A stretch of DNA of 64,000 nucleotides from NCBI GenBank assembly GCA_964016885.1, contig OZ024743.1, positions 45,322,001-45,386,000 of the forward strand, in the 5' to 3' direction. The stretch is from Eledone cirrhosa. Lineage: Eukaryota. Below are positions 42,901-54,149 of this stretch, piece by piece (within the stretch, counting starts at the first letter, position 1; the number at the start of each line of letters is the position of its first letter). The notes below the pieces were generated by a model. That model did not search any database and had not been told where the DNA came from. It saw nothing but the letters and a program-made list of their open reading frames with translations. A program made the position numbers and the translations under genes.

Positions 42901-45585
42901 CTAACAGAACTTTATGAGATTCTAGTCTATCACCCAAGTAGACCAACGGAACTTTATGAGATTCTAGTCTATCACCCAAGTAGACCAACGGAACATTATG
43001 AGATTCTAGTCTATCACCCAAGTAGACCAACGGAACTTTATGAGATTCTAGTCTATCACCCAAGTAGACCAACGGAACTTTATGAGATTCTAGTCTATCA
43101 CCCAAGTAGGCTAACAGAACGTTATGAGATTCTAGTCTATCACCCAAGTAGGCTAACAGAACTTTATGAGATTCTAGTCTATCACCCAAGTAGGCTAACA
43201 GAACGTTATGAGATTCTAGTCTATCACCCAAGTAGGCTAACAGAACTTTATGAGATTCTAGTCTATCACCCAAGTAGACCAACAGAACATTATGAGATTC
43301 TAGTCTATCACCCAAGTAGACCAACGGAGCTTTATGAGATTCTAGTCTATCACCCAAGTAGGCTAACAGAACTTTATGAGATTCTAGTCTATCACCCAAG
43401 TAGGCTAACAGAACGTTATGAGATTCTAGTCTATCACCCAAGTAGGCTAACAGAACTTTATGAGATTCTAGTCTATCACCCAAGTAGGCTAACAGAACGT
43501 TATGAGATTCTAGTCTATCACCCAAGTAGAGCAACGGAACTTTATGAGATTCTAGTCTGTCACCCAAGAAGGCTAACGGAACTTTATGAGATTCTAGTCT
43601 ATCACCCAAGTAGACCAACGGAACTTTATGAGATTCTAGTCTATCACCCAAGTAGACCAACGGAACTTTATGAGATTCTAGTCTGTCACCCAAGTAGGCT
43701 AACGGAACTTTATGAGATTCTAGTCTATCACCCAAGTAGACCAACGGAACTTTATGAGATTCTAGTCTATCACCCAAGTAGACCAACGGAACTTTATGAG
43801 ATTCTAGTTTGTCACCCAAGTAGGCTAACGGAACTTTATGAGATTCTAGTCTATCACCCAAGTAGACCAACGGAACTTTATGAGATTCTAGTCTATCACC
43901 CAAGTAGACCAACGGAACTTTATGAGATTCTAGTCTATCACCCAAGTAGACCAACGGAACTTTATGAGATTCTAGTCTATCACCCAAGTAGACCAACGGA
44001 ACTTTATGAGATTCTAGTCTATCACCCAAGTAGGCTAACGGAACTTTATGATATTCTAGTCTATCACACAAGTAGACCAACGGAACTTTATGAGATTCTA
44101 GTCTATGAACCCAAGTAGGCTAACGGAACTTTATGAGATTCTAGTCTATCACCCAAGTAGACCAACGGAACTTTATGAGATTCTTGTCTATCGCCCAAGT
44201 AGGCCAACGGAACTTTATGAGATTCTAGTCTATCACCCAAGTAGACCAACGGAACTTTATGAGATTCTAGTCTGTCACCCAAGAAGGCTAACGGAACTTT
44301 ATGAGATTCTAGTCTATCACCCAAGTAGACCAACGGAACTATATGAGATTCTAGTCTATGAACCCAAGTAGGCTAACGGAACTTTATGAGATTCTAGTCT
44401 ATCACCCAAGTAGACCAACGGAACTTTATGAGATTCTAGTCTATCACCCAAGTAGGCTAACGGAACTTTATGAGATTCTAGTCTATCACCCAAGTAGACC
44501 AACGGAACTTTATGAGATTCTAGTCTATTACCCAAGTAGACCAACGGAACTTTATGAGATTCTAGTCTATCACCCAAGTAGACCAACGGAACTTTATGAG
44601 ATTCTAGTCTATCACCCAAGTAGGCTAACGGAACTTTATGAGATTCTAGTCTATCACCCAAGTAGACCAACAGAACTTTATGAGATTCTAGTCTATCACC
44701 CAAGTAGACCAACGGAACTTTATGAGATTCTAGTCTATCACCCAAGTAGGCTAACAGAACTTTATGAGATTCTAGTCTATCACCCAAGTAGGCTAACGGA
44801 ACTTTATGAGATTCTAGTCTATCACCCAAGTAGACCAACGGAACTTTATGAGATTCTAGTCTATCACCCAAGTAGACCAACGGAACTTTATGAGATTCTA
44901 GTCTATCACCCAAGTAGACCAACGGAACTTTATGAGATTCTAGTCTATCACCCAAGTAGGCTAACGGAACTTTATGAGATTCTAGTCTATCACCCAAGTA
45001 GGCTAACGGAACTTTATGAGATTCTAGTCTATCACCCAAGTAGGCTAACAGAACTTTATGAGATTCTAGTCTATCACCCAAGTAGACCAACGGAACTTTA
45101 TGAGATTCTAGTCTATCACCCAAGTAGACCAACGGAACTTTATGAGATTCTAGTCTATCACCCAAGTAGACCAACGGAACTTTATGAGATTCTAGTCTAT
45201 CACCCAAGTAGGCTAACGGAACTTTATGAGATTCTAGTCTATCACCCAAGTAGGCTAACGGAACTTTATGAGATTCTAGTCTATCACCCAAGTAGGCTAA
45301 CGGAACTTTATGAGATTCTAGTCTATCACCCAAGTAGACCAACGGAACATTATGAGATTCTAGTCTATCACCCAAGTAGACCAACGGAACTTTATGAGAT
45401 TCTAGTCTATCACCCAAGTAGACCAACGGAACTTTATGAGATTCTAGTCTATCACCCAAGTAGGCTAACAGAACGTTATGAGATTCTAGTCTATCACCCA
45501 AGTAGGCTAACAGAACTTTATGAGATTCTAGTCTATCACCCAAGTAGGCTAACAGAACGTTATGCGATTCTAGTCTATCACCCAA
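27930..45585. repeat. Higher-order duplication, period 8362 bp, with a nested 1766-bp duplication in the left copy (giving a 10128-bp offset for its first part)
   Basis: Markers 33053/33390/35743/35996 recur at 41415/41752/44105/44358 (+8362). 31287/31624 recur at 33053/33390 (+1766). The gaagttt variant at 28034 recurs at 38162 (+10128), and tatgcga at 37203 recurs at 45565 (+8362). Confidence 0.88.
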
Positions 45586-47729
45586 GTAGGCTAACAGAAC
45601 TTTATGAGATTCTAGTCTATCACCCACGTAGACCAACAGAACATTATGAGATTCTAGTCTATCACCCAAGTAGGCTAACAGAACGTTATGAGATTCTAGT
45701 CTATCACCCAAGTAGGCTAACAGAACGTTATGAGATTCTAGTCTATCACCCAAGTAGGCTAACAGAACTTTATGAGATTCTAGTCTATCACCCAAGTAGG
45801 CTAACAGAACGTTATGAGATTCTAGTCTATCACCCAAGTAGGCTAACAGAACTTTATGAGATTCTAGTCTATCACCCAAGTAGACCAACAGAACATTATG
45901 AGATTCTAGTCTATCACCCAAGTAGGCTAACAGAACGTTATGAGATTCTAGTCTATCACCCAAGTAGGCTAACAGAACTTTATGAGATTCTAGTCTATCA
46001 CCCAAGTACGCTAACAGAACTTTATGAGATTCTAGTCTATCACCCAAGTAGGCTAACAGAACTTTATGAGATTCTAGTCTATCACCCAAGTAGACCAACG
46101 GAACTTTATGAGATTCTAGTCTATCACCCAAGTAGGCTAACAGAACTTTATGAGATTCTAGTCTATCACCCAAGTAGGCTAACAGAACTTTATGAGATTC
46201 TAGTCTATCACCCAAGTAGACCAACAGAACTTTATGAGATTCTAGTCTATCACCCAAGTAGACCAACGGAACTTTATGAGATTCTAGTCTATCACCCAAG
46301 TAGGCTAACAGAACTTTATGAGATTCTAGTCTATCACCCAAGTAGGCTAACAGTACTTTATGAGATTCTAGTCTATCACCCAAGTAGACCAACGGAACTT
46401 TATGAGATTCTAGTCTATCACCCAAGTAGACCAACAGAACTTTATGAGATTCTAGTCTATCACCCAAGTAGGCCAACAGAACGTTATGAGATTCTAGTCT
46501 ATCACCCAAGTAGACCAACAGAACTTTATGAGATTCTAGTCTATCACCCAAGTAGGCTAACAGAACTTTATGAGATTCTAGTCTATCACCCAACTAGACC
46601 AACGGAAATTTATGAGATTCTAGTCTATCACCCAAGTAGACCAACGGAACTTTATGAGATTCTAGTCTATCACCCAAGTAGGCTAACAGAACTTTATGAG
46701 ATTCTAGTCTATCACCCAAGTAGGCTAACAGAACTTTATGAGATTCTAGTCTATCACCCAAGTAGGCTAACAGAACTTTATGAGATTCTAGTCTATCACC
46801 CAAGTAGGCTAACAGAACTTTATGAGATTCTAGTCTATCACCCAAGTAGGCTAACAGAACTTTATGAGATTCTAGTCTATCACCCAAGTAGGCTAACAGA
46901 ACTTTATGAGATTCTAGTCTATCACCCAAGTAGGCTAACAGAACTTTATGAGATTCTAGTCTATCACCCAAGTAGGCTAACAGAACTTTATGAGATTCTA
47001 GTCTATCACCCAAGTAGACCAACGGAACTATATGAGATTCTAGTCTATCACCCAAGTAGGCTAACAGAACTTTATGAGATTCTAGTCTATCACCCAAGTA
47101 GACCAACGGAGCTTTATGAGATTCTAGTCTATCACCCAAGTAGGCTAACAGAACTTTATGAGATTCTAGTCTATCACCCAAGTAGACCAACGGAACTTTA
47201 TGAGATTCTAGTCTATCACCCAAGTAGACCAACGGAGCTTTATGAGATTCTAGTCTATCACCCAAGTAGGCTAACAGAACTTTATGAGATTCTAGTCTAT
47301 CACCCAAGTAGACCAACGGAACTTTATGAGATTCTAGTCTATCACCCAAGTAGACCAACGGAACTTTATAAGATTCTAGTCTATCACCCAAGTAGACCAA
47401 CGGAGCTTTATGAGATTCTAGTCTATCACCCAAGTAGGCTAACAGAACTTTATGAGATTCTAGTCTATCACCCAAGTAGACCAACGGAACTTTATGAGAT
47501 TCTAGTCTATCACCCAAGTAGACCAACAGAACTTTATGAGATTGTAGTCTATCACCCAAGTAGACCAACGGAACTTTATGAGATTCTAGTCTATCACCCA
47601 AGTAGGCTAACAGAACTTTATGAGATTCTAGTCTATCACCCAAGTAGGCTAACGGAACTTTATGAGATCCTAGTCTATCACCCAAGTAGACCAACGGAAC
47701 TTTATGAGATTCTAGTCTATCACCCAAGT

Positions 47730-47815
47730 AGGCCAACGGAACTTTAATTGAGAACGCAAAGAGCTGAAATAAACACAGTACATCTTGTCCGATGCTTAAG
47801 CAATATTGCCAATCC
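47730..47815 (-). mobile_element. Degenerate 5' head of tRNA-derived SINE (family A) fused to the satellite end
   Basis: Minus strand reads tggcaatattgcttaagcatcggacaagatg...tctttgcgttctcaattaaagttccg, a decayed A-box and B-box region. It matches other copies in the window (47990-48025, 50790-50850, 53620-53690, 53985-54030). Confidence 0.7.
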
Positions 47816-47825
47816 AATGCCCATG

Positions 47826-48095
47826 ACTGGTTCTATATTTTATCGACCCCTGAAAGGGGAATGGGCTTGAAGCACAAAAGCAGCAATTTTACGTATAGGG
47901 GAAAATGGATTAAATCGATCCCAGTATTTGATTAGTATTTTATTTTATCTATCCGGAAGGGTGAAAGGTAAAGTTGACCTGCACAGAATTTGAATTTAGA
48001 ACGTAACCAGCAAGAACAAATAGTACATAATTCCACCATCCTGGACTGGTATTTCATTTTATCAACACCGAATATTGAAGTTGAAATTACGAGTT
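47826..48095 (-). mobile_element. tRNA-derived SINE family A: near-complete copy (~47870-48030) plus two flanking fragments
   Basis: + strand motifs ttttatcgacccc / gaagggtgaaaggtaaagttgacct / gaatttgaatttagaacgtaa. The reverse complement of gaatttgaa(c/t) is a B-box-like GTTCAAATTC. The motif set repeats at 50650-50850 and 53330-54035 and resembles an abundant Octopus SINE as I recall it. Confidence 0.75.
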
Positions 48096-49060
48096 TGTAT
48101 ACTAATTAATAATAATTTATTAATAATTGAAAATTCTGTTATTGTGTAAGCTTACATTATAGAAAACACAAACTTTGTTCATTTATACATGTTCATAATT
48201 AATCTGGATTCACATCTTTCGCACCATCCTCTTCTATAACTGCGGAGCGCCGACAATGAGAACGATGGTTTTACATAAGCTGAAAGTATTTGACCTCTTT
48301 TACCTTTATCGATTCCTCAATGTTCGAGCATTGGATTTCGTGCCAAATCCGAAATTTTTCATTCATACCGGATTCGTTCTTTCCAACTACTACTACTCAA
48401 AAGACACCTCTGTTGATTTGACCTTGTACTTTACCAGCCATGAGATGAATTAATCCACGATACAGTTTTGTCAGAGCTCCTTCCTGGGATTATATAAACG
48501 GCGAGATGTACAGCTCAAGAAACGAGGATTGACACGATCAAGTCGAATGTTGAGCCAACATCGAATAATCCCATATACGATGCCTGACGTTAGAGTTGTG
48601 ACTGACTGAGATTAACTTGTGTCAGAGTGCAGCCAGCTCAAGCTATCATATATAAACACCAACACACGTACAAATACAAACACAATTCAATCTCATTAAG
48701 GATATATAACTAAAAACGCAGCTGTATTTGAACTCTCAATTTTTTCTAATCATGTTTACATTCATCATATTAATTAAGAAACTGTCATTATATAAAATAT
48801 TACTAAATTGCAGAAACTATTCTTTATTTTTTTTTCAAAGGAAGATGAAACTTTCCAATTCTTTTATATTAAATGAACAAACATACGAAATATTTATAAT
48901 TTCCATTAGTGATGCCGGATTAAATAAAAAATGTGCAAAATAATTTCCATTATTCTAAGTGATAGATTTTTCTCATATTCGTATATGAATTCATATTTGT
49001 GTATGTGTGAGCATATCTATATGTGAGTAACTCCCTCTCTTTAATTCGCTGTCTCCTTCT

Positions 49061-49061
49061 T

Positions 49062-49131
<70 letters not shown>
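49061..49131. repeat. (TA)n followed by (TG)~30 microsatellite
   Basis: Direct inspection. Confidence 0.97.
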
Positions 49132-49133
<2 letters not shown>

Positions 49134-49194
49134 GTAATATAAATATGTATATATTTCATAAAGATAAGCTAGTGAATGAATATTGCAGACACAC

Positions 49195-49240
49195 ATACAA
49201 ATATATATATTTGAATATATATATATATATAAATATTCAA

Positions 49241-49303
<63 letters not shown>

Positions 49304-49348
49304 TTCAAATAAATATATATATATATATAAATATATATATTCAAATAA

Positions 49349-49384
<36 letters not shown>

Positions 49385-49412
49385 CATATATATATACATA
49401 TATATATATGTG

Positions 49413-49471
<59 letters not shown>

Positions 49472-49497
49472 GTGTGTGTACATACATATATATACAT
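49195..49497. repeat. Compound (TA)n microsatellite with interspersed AATATTCAAATAA units
   Basis: Direct inspection. Confidence 0.95.
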
Positions 49498-49551
49498 AGG
49501 TAGAAAGAGATAAATAGGTAAGTAGATAGCTACAAAGTGAGAGAGAGGGTG

Positions 49552-49608
<57 letters not shown>
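49552..49608. repeat. (GATA)n tetranucleotide microsatellite
   Basis: Direct inspection, ~14 units. Confidence 0.97.
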
Positions 49609-49609
<1 letters not shown>

Positions 49610-49761
49610 TCATAAGAGTATAAGTGTATCATCAGTGTAAGTATGACTGATTGTATCCTTACAGGGCCATATTTTCCATTATTTACTAAACATATAATTA
49701 TCACTCTTTAGAGGCCTGGAGATATGAGAATGTAATGTAACTTGCCATACTTGAAACCGAA

Positions 49762-50025
49762 ATATACACACACATACATGCACACACACACACATATATA
49801 CACACACACATACATACACACACACACACACACACAGAAATATATGTGGGTATGGTGGAGTTGTGTGTCTATCGATATGTATATATGCGTGTATGTGTGT
49901 GTGTATTTTATGAAAAGAAAATATATATATATAGTTATAACTAGATCATATATTGGCATACATACATTCATACATAAATACATACATACATATGTATATA
50001 TGAGTATACATATGTGTGTATGTAT
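49762..50025. repeat. Degenerate (CA)/(TA)/(TG) low-complexity tract
   Basis: Direct inspection. Confidence 0.85.
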
Positions 50026-50399
50026 AAAATGATTCATGTACTTCGATTCGTAAAAAACATAAAATATGTTTGAGACAATATCTCGTCTCAGTGTATCTTC
50101 GATTTTCATGAAACATTTTTTCAATAAGAACAGCACTGCATTTATTTTTGACTGTTTTGAACATCCTGCAGGAAAAAATGACAGAAAGAGCTCAGATTAT
50201 TTTACTAAAGCAAAAAATGTATTGCGATCATGTTATTTTGTTATATAACTCCATGGAATATTTAAAATGAAGACTCGTCTGGTGACATACTTTATTCTTT
50301 CTTTATATTTTATAATAGGCCAATAGTCTTAGTATTTTTAAAAGATCCCTTTGTATTCTCTAAGTGGTTATATAGTTTCATTTGTCAACACTGATTCTT

Positions 50400-50572
50400 T
50401 TCTCTCTCTCTCTCTCTCTTTCTTTATATATATATTATATATATATGTATGTATGTATATATATATATATATATATGTGTATATATATCTTCCTGCTATT
50501 TCGAGCGTTAACCTAATATATTCCTTCCATATACTGTACCGACTGTGTTGCTATTTCTGTTGACCTTTAACG

Positions 50573-50613
<41 letters not shown>
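50400..50613. repeat. (TC)n, (TA)n and (TA)n(GA)n microsatellites
   Basis: Direct inspection: (TC)n at 50401, (TA)n at 50425-50488, (TA)n(GA)n at 50574-50613. Confidence 0.9.
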
Positions 50614-50649
50614 TCTACGGTGCTAAACTCGAGGAGACCATTGATTATG

Positions 50650-50852
50650 GGAATATACAATACATGGGAAAAATGGAGAGCCAACAATATTGAGGGAGGG
50701 GTAAGTCGATTAAACCGACTCGAGTGTATTACTGGTACTTTATTTTATCGACTCCGTAAGGATGAAAGGCAAAGCTAACCTCGGAGGGATTTGAACTCAG
50801 GACTAACTATATACAACAAAACATATTTTCTGACGCTCTACCGACACTGCAA
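50650..50852 (-). mobile_element. tRNA-derived SINE family A copy
   Basis: + strand reads gtcgattaaaccgac...actggtactttattttatcgactccgtaaggatgaaaggcaaagctaacctcggagggatttgaactcag. On the minus strand this gives a good B-box, GAGTTCAAATCC. Confidence 0.8.
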
Positions 50853-50984
50853 TATCATCTTATCAAATTCTTACTTTATATTGAAATACGTATATTTGTC
50901 ATCTTTACATGTCTACACACTCAATACATAAATTCATTTACATATTTATGCAGTCTTGGTAGCCTTTATTCTGGTGGCCTTTAT

Positions 50985-51609
<625 letters not shown>

Positions 51610-51736
51610 TAATAATGATAAATGTGAAGACTAAAATCTGAAGAGGGCTCGATAAGGATAATTATATATAAATATATAAAAACCGTAGAGCAAATATTTA
51701 TTAAAATAACAGATTATAGTTTAAGCAAAGAATCGC

Positions 51737-51781
51737 TGCTTTCACCCTTAACGGGATCTTCTGATTCCGTTAAGGGTGAAA

Positions 51782-51784
<3 letters not shown>
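51737..51784. repeat. 48-bp palindrome (22-bp arms, one mismatch, 4-nt loop)
   Basis: tgctttcacccttaacgggatc-ttct-gattccgttaagggtgaaagca. Confidence 0.95.
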
Positions 51785-51830
<46 letters not shown>

Positions 51831-52283
51831 ATAAACGGTATCAATCTTAATCCACCGAAACCGTTTTTCCATTGTTTTTTTTTCCATTGTCTTTGTCCTG
51901 TGCGCCCCCTATTTTTTAGTGTATATATATAGAGAGAGAGAGAGGGTGGAGAGAGACAGACCGACAGACAGAGAGAGAGTATATGAAATTTCTCTATCAC
52001 AATGTTAATCCCCATCTACTGTACCTGGTATTCCTTTCCACAGTCTAAGTATGGAACCTACAACTGAACGACTGAAATTCAACACTGTAAAAACTAGGTT
52101 ATACACCGACGAGGGTTACTATGTAAGTAAATTAATATTTGGTGAATGAGTAGTAATGATTTATAGATATTAGATGAGTTAGTTAAGGTGTTTTATAGGT
52201 CGAGCTTGAATCGATATGATAGATACGATATGTCGTGTTTCAATCGATCGTTGCATGTTACTGTAATTAGTTGTTTCAGTGAA

Positions 52284-52574
52284 GGCGCGTGGCTTATTGG
52301 TTAGGGTGTTCAATTCTCAATCGTCAGGGCGTCAGTTCAATTCCAGGTGACGCGTTGTGTCCGCGATCAAATTGTATACACAGCTGGTAAAATGATTTGT
52401 ACCTGTAATTCAGAAGGGATAGCCTTGTCACATAGTGCGTCACGTTGATTGAATCGCTCTGAGTCGCACTTTAATTGTACACGCGTCTGTGGATTTCTCA
52501 GCCACCTGCACGTTAATTTCACCAACAGACTGAACATCTGAAACACTTGTGGTCGGAACCAGTGGATTGTCAAC
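52284..52574 (+). mobile_element. tRNA-derived SINE family B (CORE-SINE-like, internally deleted)
   Basis: A-box TGGCTTATTGG (52290-52300) and B-box GTTCAATTCC (52335-52344), followed by gcgttgtgtcc (start of a CORE-like domain) and a ~200-bp body. It resembles an octopus OR-type SINE from memory. Confidence 0.8.
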
Positions 52575-52655
52575 ATATACTCACACACTACTTTTATCAA
52601 TTTGTTGATTCAATTCCTTTGTGTATGTACTTAACGACAGTACCTTACCCTATCG

Positions 52656-52920
52656 TTATTTTCCGGGAAAATAACGATAGATTGATGCCATGCTTGTGAT
52701 GTCACACCTGTGAGAGAGAGCTTTGAGAGATGAGAAGAGCTCATCTCCAACAGAGTTACACAAGTGACTCTGACCTCTATATAAACAGGATAAAGAGCTC
52801 TGAGCAGCGCTGCCCCATATGTGGAAAGAGTACTCCATTTTTTGGTCTAATATGACTCGTGTAAAGATACAAAATTGTATATCGAGTCAGATATGTTCTT
52901 AAATGACAGAACGACCTCAT
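52656..52920 (-). mobile_element. CR1-group non-LTR retrotransposon fragment (post-RT region), frameshifted
   Basis: LYLYTSHIRPK / MEYSFHIWGSAA...LSHRCDITSMASIYRYF matches the LYK.QIRP.MEY.SHIW and LSHRR.VASL..FYRY motifs of CR1-group LINEs. Confidence 0.75.
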
Positions 52921-53325
52921 CAATTTCAGCTGATCGAATATTGGAATGTTAACGTACATCTGAACATCCCTATTATTTTATAAGTCTGAATTTCACACTG
53001 TAAGACATTGAGTAAATCACACCACTATTGCATTTTAGTTTCATACACTGAATTAAACTCTGCCACTGTTTTCTTTCAAGTATATATAGTAATTCATAGT
53101 TAATTTCATGTATTTCTGAAGAGGCGCATAAGCTCTGTTAGCTGAAACTAAATTAAGAACTCGTGGGAGTTCACTTTTTTGAGAGCTCACTTCGTGATAA
53201 CTTATTTATATGACAGAAATGATAGATATACTCAAGAGTAATATACATTAACGTAAAATTAGTAAATTACTGTCAACTGAATATTTTAATCTTTTAGGAG
53301 TGAGAAAGTTGTCAGTTCAGAAGCT

Positions 53326-54035
53326 AGTGCCATTAATAATGGTTTCCAAGTTAGGTATAAGGCCAGCAATTTGAAGGGAGGGGAAAATAGATTAAATTGA
53401 CCCAGTATTTAACAAATACCCCGAAAGGATTAAAGGTAAAGTTCCCCTTGGCGGGATTTTGTCTAACGCTCTAACAATACAATATCGTCAATGCATCGCC
53501 CTGTTGGTGTCATTAATAATTCTTTCTATCATTAGCACAGGTTTAGCAATTTAGGAGAAGGGGAAAGTTTATTATATCAACCCCAGACGAATGAAAGACA
53601 AAGTTTACCTAGGCCAGATTTTAACTCCGAATGTAAAGAGGTGGAACAAAAAGCTACTAAGCATTCTTTCAGCGTTCTAATCATTCTGTCACTCCATAGC
53701 TCTTCTGGTGTCAATGAGGATTTCTGATTTAGGCAGAAGGTCAACAATTTGTGGGGATAGATAGGTCGATTACATTGACCACCAGTACCCCAGTATATGA
53801 CAAATACTTTAGTTTAGCGGCCTCGAACAGATGCTGTCATTAAAATTCTTCCTAACGTTGGCACAAGGTCAATAATTTGGAGTTAGAAGAAAGTTGATTG
53901 TATCGATCCAAGCACGTTACTAGTACTTTATTTTATCGACCCGAAAGAATAAAAGAGATTATTGATCTCGACAGGATTTGAACTCAGAAGGTATAACTAA
54001 ATGCTGCAAATCATTTTCTCCGACGTTCTACCACC
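53326..54035 (-). mobile_element. Head-to-tail cluster of four degenerate family-A SINE copies
   Basis: Four recurrences (~53328, ~53508, ~53708, ~53835) of tgtcattaa...ggcacaaggtcagcaattt..gggg..gtcgattacatcgacccag, with aaagg..aaagt..acct and atttgaactc motifs in the fuller copies. Confidence 0.72.
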
Positions 54036-54149
54036 CTAACGTGTCAAACCGAGCATTGTAGAGAGTAATAATAACATGCATTGATGCATGTGATATTTAC
54101 TACAATTTAAACTAACTTAGAAGCTCTTGTCGACTTATTGTATGTTTGT

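Larger units (their letters stand above)
1..47746. repeat. 42-bp tandem satellite array (right end; continues beyond left edge of window)
   Basis: Uninterrupted head-to-tail copies of GTCTATCACCCAAGTAGACCAACGGAACTTTATGAGATTCTA with recurrent variants (agacc/aggct, acgga/acaga, ctttat/cattat/cgttat, tatc/tgtc, 43-bp tatgaaccc). No inversions or insertions seen. Ends abruptly at ...ggccaacggaacttta (~47746). Confidence 0.99.

Noticed and set aside
1-47746. CRISPR array
   Set aside because: There are no unique spacers and no cas genes, and the context is eukaryotic.
423-47747. Giant ORFs on both strands (YHPSRPTELYEILV)n and (YLGDRLESHKVPLV)n, up to ~1800 aa
   Set aside because: A 42-bp unit with one stop-free frame per strand automatically gives long ORFs. 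They start and stop at 43/41/40-bp indel monomers, have no unique domain, and the frameshifts are tolerated and duplicated.
46594-47817. Minus-strand ORF starting in non-satellite DNA (MDWQYCLSIGQD...) as a repeat-protein exon
   Set aside because: The N-terminal 25 codons are decayed SINE head sequence with a non-ATG start, and the rest is satellite.
48195-48640. Higher-complexity segment, possible exon (+ 65-aa ORF; minus frame MAGKVQGQ...)
   Set aside because: No recognisable motif, the minus frame has internal stops, and there is no splice evidence. It would need BLASTX or RNA-seq.
49073-50563. Short ORFs rich in YI/CV/HT dipeptides
   Set aside because: They are translations of microsatellites.
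52284-52350. tRNA gene
   Set aside because: A and B boxes are present, but there is no complete cloverleaf and it continues into a SINE body.
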